DNA of 61,295 nucleotides, filler included, from Dugesia japonica (lineage: Eukaryota): NCBI GenBank assembly GCA_001938525.1. It is 5 parts of 5 records of this genome, joined end to end, with 100 filler letters (N's around TTAATTAATTAA, not from the genome) between each part and the next. Parts side by side here need not be neighbours in the genome. Positions count along the whole stretch, not along the records: positions 9,427 to 24,097 come from MQRL01589989.1; positions 24,198 to 36,477 come from MQRL01636104.1; 3 more parts are not named here. One strand, written 5' to 3'. The position numbers and the translations under genes are program-made. Shown piece by piece: positions 13,701-24,402 of the stretch. Within the stretch, counting starts at the first letter, position 1; every line of letters begins with the position of its first letter. Under the pieces are notes generated by a model. That model was not told the origin of the DNA and ran no database searches. It saw only the letters and a program-made list of their open reading frames with translations.

Positions 13701-16449
13701 ATTAAATGATAAACAATTTTATTTTATTGTATTAAGAACAGGCAAAATACTGAAGGACACATAAACAAATTTAATAATATTTTTGTTTTTTTCGGTAAAT
13801 TATACTCAACTGAAAAAATAGTTTAAAAAAATGAATAAATAGTTTTTATATTATTACTGTTGTTTTAAAGTATCACTATTTTTATATTGAGACATTGATT
13901 AGAATCAAAAATTTCCTATACATTACGTATAGGATTAATATCAAAAAATTCTTCTTTACGAGAAGTCTCTATTCAAAAGAATCCCCTCCCCTCTAGGCTA
14001 TGGATAACAACATGTTCTGACAACAAATCTAGTATCGATGAATACGCAATGAGATGTCGGATATTACTGTTGAGTCAAACATTCAATTAAACGTATCGGC
14101 GGAAAACTATGAAAGATTTTAAATTTAAAACCACATTCAGCCATCAATTTTTAACATACCATTTTGAAACTTTTACCTTTTTATTGAGAATTAAAGATTG
14201 CCTATAAATCGCCTAAAGTAATGATGGGCAAACTTAATAGTTAAAAGACCTACATATTAATAGTACAACAGTTGAAATTTCTTTTGAGAGCCAAATTTCT
14301 TAAAGTTAAACTATCCANNNNNNNNNNNNNNNNNNNNNNNNNNNNNNNNNNNNNNNNNNNNNNNNNNNNNNNNNNNNNNNNNNNNNNNNNNNNNNNNNNN
14401 NNNNNNNNNNNNNNNNTTATTGACAAAAATTGAATTGTAAATAATGCATTCATAAAATCGAAATATTATAATGAGTGATAAACACTTAATATGAATAATC
14501 AAGTTGTACATCCTTGGACAGTGTGAGTAAGGTAGGCTTGTATGCTGTTATTTTAATTTTATGCAAGATTCCATGTTCTCATCACTAGGACGTGATAAAG
14601 TTGGAAAAGATTNNNNNNNNNNNNNNNNNNNNNNNNNNNNNNNNNNNNNNNNNNNNNNNNNNNNNNNNNATTAATTTGGTATATATTATTTAGTATTACA
14701 CTAAAATTAATTCTTGAAATATTTTTAAAAATTTTATAGATTATTTTATATTAAAAAAGTAAGAGATTTTAAAATAAAAAGCATTTTTTGTCGAAATATT
14801 TTTTAAAAATTTAATTTGGTTAATTAATTTTTAGATATTGTATTGTATAAAAATTATTTGGAATAAAGTTCTTTTAAATTATAGTAGTTATATTTTTTAG
14901 AGTATTTATATTACTGATTTTTTAATAGTAAAAAATTATGAAAGGAACAGTGTAAAAAGCTAGTTTTTTCAAGTGATCATACGAGGAATACTATTTCAAG
15001 TGTTAAAAATCATTAGTTTTCCTTTACCAGGTCTTTTAAAGCAGACTACTTGTGATGTGAATTAAGTTCACATTGCTTTATTAACCAAGCGTCCACATCG
15101 AACTAATCAAAATCGACTATTTAGACTGGCGAAGCGGAGATCTTAAATAGCCTATTGAAGTATTACTTTTTATAGACAGCAAAATAATATTGTTTTATTA
15201 AAATAAGTTGAAATACAACGAAGCTATAAATTAAGTCTTCTATTGGATTTGCGGAATTTTTAATGATTCAAAAATGACGGTTAAATAATTTATTTTATAA
15301 CTTTAATGTAGATATTTTAATATAAATTGTAATTCCTTTATAGTTACTTGCGATTACATCAGAAATATTAAAGATTTGTTAAAGTGAATTTAATTAATAA
15401 TTATTTTACAAAAAATAGTTAATACACCCTATCGTGATCAACAAAACCCATGACAATTTTATTATATTTATTTATCATAAAAAAGAACATTTAAACAAAT
15501 ACTAAAATATTTAATTTCATGTTTATTTTATAAATATATACTAATACATACTAATAGAAATTACGAAATAAAACCAAAACTTTACTGAACTACAAATAGA
15601 ACTGCCTATGGTTGATCAGGTTATTTACTTTCTCTCAAAAATATCTGTATTATCGATCAAAATTTGACGAATATTTGAAATTACATGTTTTCTTTTAACA
15701 TATTTTTCGTGATAGCTCAAAGACATATACTATTAAGACGTGCCTTAATAACACTGAAAGCATTTTCAAAAGGGTTCAGATTATGTGGGGATGGTGGTAT
15801 ATATATGACTGGCCTTAGCGGCACTTCAGAGCCTGAGTCGCAGGCAAGCGTCACTTCATCAATCTGATTGTGTCATGATCTACACAAGTCATAAAATTAA
15901 ACTTTTAAAGCGTAAGCAGAAAACCTCTTTGAAACAAATTTTGAAGTTGTAAACAATAAATAATGTATTAATGTTAAAACTAACCGCTAATATTATACAT
16001 ATTGAAAACCTTTGATTATAGTAATAGTAATTATAATTATTATGAAATAGTGATGTGAGCAGCTTTGTTGATAAGAGCTATATATCCTAAAATTAATGTT
16101 CAGTTGACGGATTCAACATCGCTCTTAAAATTATTTTATTGAATTTTTATTGAGATTGCATAAATGAAATAGTATAATAATTTTAAAGTTTTAAATAATT
16201 TGTTTTAATAATCGTTAATTGCAGGATGATGACGGTTATTCAAACGAAATTAATTGCAGTGAATAAATATTTTGTTAAATGGCGTTTTTCATTTATTATT
16301 ATGAAAAAGTTGCCAATGTTTTCGGGATTTTTTTATAAAATAATCATTTATGAAATCGAAATAATTTTAACGAAATTCCCTGTAAATATATTTAAATTGT
16401 TTACAAAAGTATAAAAATTTATTTAAATAAACAAAAATATTTTCAGTGA

Positions 16450-17976
16450 TCAATGGCTAGTAAACAAAATTATTTTCCCAAATATTAATAATGAATGTAA
16501 GCGTTGAAGAATTGATAAAGTCTCCCCAAAAGCTTGGAATCCGGTTCCAAAAATCTTTATAAATAATTCTTTGTTTTGAAAATTATTATGATTGGAATTT
16601 TTATTAAAAATATCAAAAATACTTAGGCTCAGTAATGCTACGTTCACACTCAATATTCCAATCGGCGGACAGAAATATTCTTGCCATGTTTTAATTTTCG
16701 GAGGAATCCATTGACGATCAAGAGCCAATGTAATAACAATATATTGAATTAGATTTTGCAAAATCAATAATACAAAAGCTAGCAATAAGAATATCGAAAC
16801 CCAATCTTCATAAAAATATATATTTAATTTGATTTGCGCAACAGCTATTACCAGTTGACCACAAACACCAAACCATATTAAAATTTTGTCAACAAAATTT
16901 GAATTATTTTCCAATTTATTCCATCTTTGCATTTCATTGATTTGCATTATCATCCAAACTATCGATATAACATAAATTAATGTTGTGAAAATCGAATAAA
17001 TTATTTCACCAGTTTTATAAAGCTGTTTTTTATTGAGAAATGAATTAGCTATAATTATAATCAATATTGAAAATGTAATCAATAATATCCCAAATACAAG
17101 AGATATCGGAGGTAAACGTAAATGCTTGACAGAATAGACATTGAAATTACTATTATTACTATTAATTACTACTGGAGATAAATCTTGAGAAGATTCAGTT
17201 AAACGAATATAATTTCCTTTGATATTTTCAATTGAATCATTTTCATTAATGTTGTTACTCAAAATCAATAGATAAATAACACAAATACAACAAAACAGAA
17301 TTACTAGTGGTTGCATGTAAACTTTGACGAATTGAATAGAATTTTCAGTTTTATTTCCAAACGAATTACCAAAGAAATTTGAATAGATTGTATAATTAGA
17401 AGCAACGTCAACAAAATTGTTCACTTGTTGTGAAATTATATGGTAAAAAAAATAATTCAACATTTCTATTATTGTTATTAATTTAACGAATTCAAAAAAT
17501 TGTTTCATTGATTGATTTTGAAATATTATCCTACGGATATTAATGAAAATAATGAAACTCATTGTCGCTATCATTAAAACAAGTTCTCCGAATAACTGAA
17601 ATATTGAAAAACCGCCAATTTGTTCATTAGAATAAAAATCTCGAACAATAGAAATTATTAAAAAAACAATTGTTATAAAAAATAAGGGAATTGAGAGGAA
17701 ATAAAATAAAATATTAATTTCTGAATAATCATGAATTTGAATTGTTCTTTTATTAATGAAAATGAAATAACCAATAAGAATCGTATGAAGAATATCTAGA
17801 ATCCCATTTACACCAGCAATAGGCTCCCAAAATAAAAGAATTTGAATCTTTTCTGATTTATGATCCAACGCTTTAGATGCCCAAGCATAATTTGTGAAAC
17901 ATCCTTTCACGAAATAGAGCAAACTTAAAAATTGTAAAAACTTTTGCAATATATCCAATTTATAAGAATTTTTCAT
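16450..17976 (-). CDS. Otopetrin-family (OTOP) proton channel-like protein, divergent and intronless, 508 aa
   Basis: Multi-pass membrane ORF with otopetrin C-domain signatures in order: LVFGILL, VDKILIWFGVCG (LDxxLLxxxxxG), LQNLIQYIVI (QxxxQTxFI), ILSVNVAL (FLxxxNxA), and terminal LSILQRLHS (PLxIFYRFHS). Confidence 0.75.
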   Translation of the reverse strand: MKNSYKLDILQKFLQFLSLLYFVKGCFTNYAWASKALDHKSEKIQILLFWEPIAGVNGILDILHTILIGYFIFINKRTIQIHDYSEINILFYFLSIPLFFITIVFLIISIVRDFYSNEQIGGFSIFQLFGELVLMIATMSFIIFINIRRIIFQNQSMKQFFEFVKLITIIEMLNYFFYHIISQQVNNFVDVASNYTIYSNFFGNSFGNKTENSIQFVKVYMQPLVILFCCICVIYLLILSNNINENDSIENIKGNYIRLTESSQDLSPVVINSNNSNFNVYSVKHLRLPPISLVFGILLITFSILIIIIANSFLNKKQLYKTGEIIYSIFTTLIYVISIVWMIMQINEMQRWNKLENNSNFVDKILIWFGVCGQLVIAVAQIKLNIYFYEDWVSIFLLLAFVLLILQNLIQYIVITLALDRQWIPPKIKTWQEYFCPPIGILSVNVALLSLSIFDIFNKNSNHNNFQNKELFIKIFGTGFQAFGETLSILQRLHSLLIFGKIILFTSH

Positions 17977-18955
17977 TGTTTTATTAATTCGATTGAATGA
18001 AAAACAATGCGATTGTGTTTTGAACCTATGTCAAATTTTGTTTATATCAGAATGTTATTGTTTCTAATTTGCGTCACGAAGATTTCACCATTCATCCGTT
18101 TTCGTTAGTAAATAATAATCAATAAATATGTAATAGACAAACAGACAGACACACGCACGCAAACATACATACCAAATTTAAAATAAAAAGTTTTATATAG
18201 TTTTAGATGAGATTTTTTTCACTGATTACGAAAATAATAATTATTTTCTTGTATCTTTTCCAAAAGTGCCAACTTTTTAATTTAAAGCTTTTAAAATTTT
18301 AATTTATTGACTTAATTTCAGAGAAAAACTAAAATTATTACGATATAAAGATAAATTTTTCAAATATAGAATATAATACCTTANNNNNNNNNNNNNNNNN
18401 NNNNNNNNNNNNNNNNNNNNNNNNNNNNNNNNNNNNNNNNNNNNNNNNNNNNNNNNNNNNNNNNNNNNNNNNNNNNNNNNNNNNNNNNNNNNNNNNNNNN
18501 NNNNNNNNNNNNNNNNNNNNNGGATACTGCGATATTTAGCAAATAAACCTGTATTTATGTTCGATATTTTAAATAATTTTAAAAATTTTATATTCATATT
18601 TATATATTATATTATATATTAAATTATATTATATTATGTACTATAAATTTAAACTATGATACTTTTTAGTTTAAATACATAATATTTTATTTCTTAATTT
18701 AAAGATATATAATCTTAAAGAGAATAGCAGAATTTGTACACAATATGAAATATTAGTGAATACGAAAACCTTGCCAACAAATAAGGATATAATAAACAGG
18801 AGAATATTCTTACAAAATGTCTATATTGGTAAAGGAAAAAGCAAATTTTTTTGTCTCAGCACAAGAAATATAAGAATGTTGGAATAAGCAGAACATACCT
18901 GTTCGAAAAACTTCAATAATATATACCAAGTTTAAAAAATTGAATTGTTCTTCTA

Positions 18956-21840
18956 TTAATGAAAAGTAAATAACCTATAATGTAATTTGTCTGTCAGATA
19001 ATTACACAATCTTAAATTCATTCTCTTCTTTAAATTCTCAACTGTTTTACCATAAAGGATATTATTTAAAAGCTTATAATAATTCTTCTCCAACTCTGAA
19101 TTACACTTTGATCTTAATTTAGAGTTTACATCTATATATTGTTTGAAAATAGATGTCTGGCTGAACTTAACTCCTCTATGCACCTTTGTTATTTGTACAC
19201 TCAATTGCAATAACATTTGCAGTAATCTTCAATGTATGACATAATTTCTTTTCAGGTAATAAGTCAGCATTAATTTTATTACCTTACTACCTGGAGCACT
19301 TTGATGTTCTGCTGCAACAGGTAAATCATTCAGGTCATCTTGGATTTCTGCTGGTAAAACCATATCTACTTCTAATGTGTATCCATATGATAACGATTCA
19401 AGATCTCCTATTCTACATTCTTCCAACACTGAATCCAATCCTGTATATGCCCACTCGAAATCGGAATAGGCCAATTTTTGACTTAATGCCCATCCATATA
19501 GATTATTAATATCTATATATCATAATACTGTGTTTTCGTTACTAACAACATGGTGTTTATTTACAAATGTTAGTCCACCTCTTATACTCCCTTCAAAAAA
19601 GGTATACATATTATTATCTGTCAACAAATCTATTGGTTCATTTAATGACATTAATGCATTAACTCATATCCGGGATGCCAAAGAATGTTAATGGCTCCGA
19701 ATTATTGTAGGCCAATGATTTATTTCTTAACTGTTGAAAGAAATTGGCTAACAAAAACACATAATTTCAAATATACTAGCATATTTGTACACTCAATTGC
19801 AAATACATTTGCAGTAATCTTTAATGTATGACAATAGATTGTTGCACCTTGTTAAAGTCTACATTTTCACTGCTTTTTGATAATCTTGCTCGCTAACTTC
19901 CTCCCATCTTGGTGGTATTGTTGTTTCAACCAGAACTTGCAAACTGGTTGCATAATTATAAGGAAATATNNNNNNNNNNNNNNNNNNNNNNNNNNNNNNN
20001 NNNNNNNNNNNNNNNNNNNNNNNNNNNNNNNNNNNNNNNNNNNNNNNNNNNNNNNNNNNNNNNNTAAATTGGTACGAGTCAATAAATCTGATTGTAATTT
20101 CTTTCAGATGTTCAATGAGGCAAAGGAATTTTTCTGATGTTGTTGGTATACACGATATGGTCTAATGCGGAAATTTATTTAATCCATACTTNNNNNNNNN
20201 NNNNNNNNNNNNNNNNNNNNNNNNNNNNNNNNNNNNNNNNNGTGAAGGTCATATCCTCTCAAATTATGGAAGACTACTAGTAATTAATAGTTGATTCTTC
20301 TGCTCAAATTGCATTTATTACATGCAGCTCCTATATACTTGCCTGTAAAAAGGTCATGATCCCGAACTTGATTACTTAAAGGTTTTTTACACAAATGACA
20401 TATTGTACTATGTTTAAACTCCACTTCTTGCTCTGGGTTCATAATTCGTTTATTTTTTCCTTCTTTGATATAATATGGATATACTATATTATTACCGATT
20501 TTTTCCACTGCCTTTAGTAATTCGTATACGCATTGATTTCCAATAAACTGGCTGTATTTAACTTCATTGCTAAAGTTATTTACCAACAACAGTCCAGCTG
20601 AAACAGGTATATGTTTCTGGAAATGTTTTTCATCTATTGGTAATACTGATTTGAAATCAGCATATATAGCAAAGGGTGGAGTTAATGTTTTGTATTAATC
20701 TTGAAACTCTAGATTCTTTTCTGTCAGCATCCTTTATAATGTGGTGCTCGTCTCAATTTTCTCGCAAATTCGCTCATGATTATTAATAGCCGTATTATCC
20801 TTAAATTTTTTGAGACAATTTTCGCACCAGATTGATTGAATTCAAACATTACCCTTTTTAATATCCCTTTTCATCAATCTATTCAAATTCATTACGGCAG
20901 TGTAATGAAATTTGTTGGCATCTTCCAATAACAATAAATTGATCTTTTTTCCATCGCATTTAGACCGATGTATAATGTCTAAATTCGGGTGCTTCATGAT
21001 AACATATTCATCGTCCTCAATTGATTGTGGATTCCATGAGAATACATCAATTGATAAACCGAGTTTTGCTTTTCAAATTTTGGTATATCTGCAAGCTTCA
21101 TTGGCATGTCCTTTTCATCAAATACAAGTTCGGACATGTATTTTTGATAATTGGACACCTTACATTTATTATCTCTAACTTTATCTTGTTTAAGAATAGC
21201 CAAGATACTATATATAAAACACTTACTGTCAGTGTTTTGAATATTTAAATTTGCTTTTTTCTTATAAAAGTTGAATGGGGTAGGTATATAACTATAGCCA
21301 GATAGTCTTCTGATGTCTGATACCTTTGCGATTTATAAATTTATTTCCTGTATGCGGCTCAGTATCCAACTAGACCCGAATTCGCTTCGTATAGCTCTTT
21401 TCATTTAACTGTTTTATTCCATCTTCGAAAAAAGAATCGCTTAATGCAACAGCTCGATTGGATAATCTACAAGTTTTTGTTTCGTCCTCTTTTTTGAATT
21501 CAACATTTATACCAAACTGGATCTTGACATTTTATAATTCTTCAATAATTTTGAATAACTGCTCAATCAATGAGTTTGGTAAAACGATTTNTCTCGTATT
21601 CCACCTTGAAACATCCATTTTTAATATCTGGTGACATTTATATAAGTCACTTTCAATTATCACATTTTCATTGAGGGAGCCACCAACTTATGCTTCTTCT
21701 TCATCCATAAAACTTTGCATGACAATATCTTCTTCATCCATTTCATCAAAGATTTGAAAATTGGTCCAATCATCTTCAATTATCTGAGATTCCATCTTCA
21801 TTTCTTCATCTAAAATAACATCTACTTTTCGTATTTTCAT
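18956..21840 (-). mobile_element. Polinton/Maverick protein-primed DNA polymerase B, pseudogenised
   Basis: Minus-strand fragments in the expected order: GSSWILSRI, YSYIPTP..NIQNTDSKCFIYSILA, CHLC..VRDHDLFTGKYIGAACNKCN (EndoVII-like), SIRGGL, YIDINNLYGWALSQ (motif A), YYKLLNNILYGKTVEN (motif B). Many frameshifts and stops, plus a ~50-bp internal duplication (19191-19241 / 19783-19833). Confidence 0.9.
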
Positions 21841-22558
21841 TGATGGACCATCTATCTCTTTATCTTATATCATCCTTAATAATTGTTTCTTATTTATTAT
21901 AAAATGCGCTAAGTGGTCTGCATGCAACCTATAAAAGTCTAAATATTAACCTATTCCTATAATGGACATATATAATACTTTTCCCCATAAAAGGATTGTG
22001 CATAGTATCTCTCCATAATATTATGGCAGTCGTCTTTATGAGTCCAATTTGCACAATAATTTTTGTACATTGTACAACATTCTGGAAAAAAATAAGTTGA
22101 TTACATTTTATAAAATTATTAAAATTTCATTTAAAAATGATCATAAATTAAATTATAAAATAAATAAAAACTAACTTTTATTATAAAAAGGAGCAGCAAC
22201 AACAGAAGCATCATTATTCTAAAATAAATAATTTTAACAACTATCAACCGTTGATAATAAATTTATTTTAATTAAACTCTTTCTCTTGATACCTCTTCCA
22301 CCTTGATTTAAATTATAATTCTAAATTAAATTAATAATCATTAAAATATACAAGTAAATTTACATTATCCATCATTAAACTTGTCGAATTCATATTTCGT
22401 TTATCGTTTTTATTGTTCATAACCTGAAAGCGTATAATTAATAATAATATTGAAATTAGTTTACCTTTTCTTCGCTCAACAATGTTCTCAATATGCTTTT
22501 ATTATTATTGTTCATAATCTAAAATGTATATATATACCTTCAATTTTGTAATTATAAA

Positions 22559-23788
22559 CCCTTAATCGCCTATTAGTTTCTCAGAGACACTGTTTAAATT
22601 TCAGTTTCATATTAGATCTAAAGTTTTGAATGTATACAAAGTAAACTTCATCTAATTTATCACTATAGTCTTGTCAACCAAAATTACTAATTGAAGTCAT
22701 TCAAATGAAATTATTACTTTAGCAATTATTAAAAGGTTATAAATGTGACACAAAGACCCATGTGTGTCTGATAGACACAAAATATAGTGTTATAAGGTTA
22801 ACAGTAATGAAATAACATTGGTGATGTAATTTACTTACACAAATAACTATAAATATAATTTATATTAAATATAAATTATATAAATATAATTTATATAATT
22901 TATATAATTTATAGTGACAACTATAAATATAATTTCAATAAATATTCTAAAATATGTAAGTTAAATCTTATTACTTAATATCATATAATTTAGACATTTA
23001 GAAATTATTAATAATATGGTTGTAACTGAGAAGGAGCTGCTAATTGTATTTCAGGGCATAAATCATGGTGATAATTCTGACAGTGACAACCAAGATTTTA
23101 TCCCAGAAGTAGAAAGTGAAATGGAAGACAATTTTACAGAGGTTGGATCAGAGAAAAGTGATGAACAGACATGCAGTGACAATGAATATTTCCCAACAGA
23201 AGTAAAACATGTTTCAAAATCAATTGTCCAATATTTAGGTAAGGACGGAACTATTTTGAATGCGGAACCAACAGTACATAAAAGAACTTTTATTCTTAAT
23301 ATAATGAAGGGTGGTATTAATAAGGTTATCATTCCACCAGGAAAAATAGTTTGTAACCCAATCGATATGTTTAATCTTTTCATTGACCAAAGCTTTCTGG
23401 AAATAATAGTGAAGCATACTAATGAAGAAGCCAAGAAAGTATTGGAAAATAAATGGAAACAAATAGATACCATTGAGCTGCAAGCATTTTCATTCTACGA
23501 GAAATAGCAGCCGAATTGGTCAGTCCTCACAATCATAGACGAGGGAAAAAATGATTAACTGAGTTCTACTTGAAAGCCATGTCAGATATTGCAAGTACAA
23601 GTCAACAGCATGTAATCAAAATGTTTGTCTTGAACATTCTAGAAAAGAAATTCAATGCAAACAGTGTTCTTCTCTGTAATAAAAATGAATTTTATTATTT
23701 TTTGTTATAATTTAAAAGATTTTCTATGTAGTGTCTATCAGACACTACTGAGTGGTTTTGGTACAAAAGCTTTCTGGGTGGTTAAGGG
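22559..23788 (+). mobile_element. Internally deleted piggyBac element inserted in the Polinton capsid gene
   Basis: Ends CCCTTAATCGCC / GGTGGTTAAGGG, flanked by TAAA / TTAA. Perfect subterminal inverted repeat GTGTCTGATAGACAC (~22764 / ~23731). Transposase N-terminus at 23016-23490 (PIDMFNLF..IVKHTN..ELQAF) is followed by a Cys-rich C-terminal remnant (CNQNVCLEH..CKQC). Confidence 0.85.
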
Positions 23789-24090
23789 TTAAATGAAAGA
23801 ATTACATCCTTAAAAAGTGTATGCAACATATAATTATTAGGAATCGCATCATGTTTGTCAGTCAAATCTTTGCCTTTTTTATGAACTACCTTCAGTTTAA
23901 TAAACAATAAAGTATCATTCAAATCCAAATATTTAGTTTGAGATCCATTTATAAAGAATTCTACTTCGCTTTTTGGTTGAGAAATTGAATTCATTAGAAA
24001 CACGTCTTCAAATGCAGCATTTGCAATAACTGCTTTAGGTGATGGATGATCAAAAATACATAACTCAGTTTTACAGCAAATCATTTTCAA
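23789..24090 (-). mobile_element. Polinton major capsid protein (PY / double jelly-roll), N-terminal fragment
   Basis: CKTELCIF..P..EFFINGSQTKYLDLNDTLLFIKLKV..NNYMLHTLFKDV matches the recalled Polinton MCP pattern (CxKSELxLF..EFxIxG..YxDLxxTxLxxKxK..NNxxHxLFxxV). It is on the same contig and strand as pPolB. Confidence 0.8.
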
Positions 24091-24097
24091 AAATTGT

Positions 24098-24197
24098 NNN
24101 NNNNNNNNNNNNNNNNNNNNNNNNNNNNNNNNNNNNNNNNNTTAATTAATTAANNNNNNNNNNNNNNNNNNNNNNNNNNNNNNNNNNNNNNNNNNNN
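24098..24197. other. Artificial contig linker
   Basis: 44 N + TTAATTAATTAA + 44 N. Confidence 0.95.
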
Positions 24198-24402
24198 TTC
24201 AGAACAATTGTGATGACATTGATGATTGATTTGTTGCATTATTTCATTGCATTTTGCTATGTTTTCCATTGGATATTTTTATTAATAAAAATTGTTATGA
24301 TAATTTTGTTTCAAACTCAATATTTTAAAATTTTTTACCCATGAAACATTTTAAAATTAATTAGTTATTTTATTATTTAAACGATTTAATAATGAATTTA
24401 AC

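Noticed and set aside
12128-14511. ORFs containing long X runs (also at 18304, 19867, 35368, 58525)
   Set aside because: They stay open only because they cross N gaps.
23063-23483. Antisense ORFs over the piggyBac transposase (similarly 7382-7591, 39323-39535, 41573-41905, 50663-50857)
   Set aside because: They are shadows of coding sequence on the opposite strand with no independent motifs.
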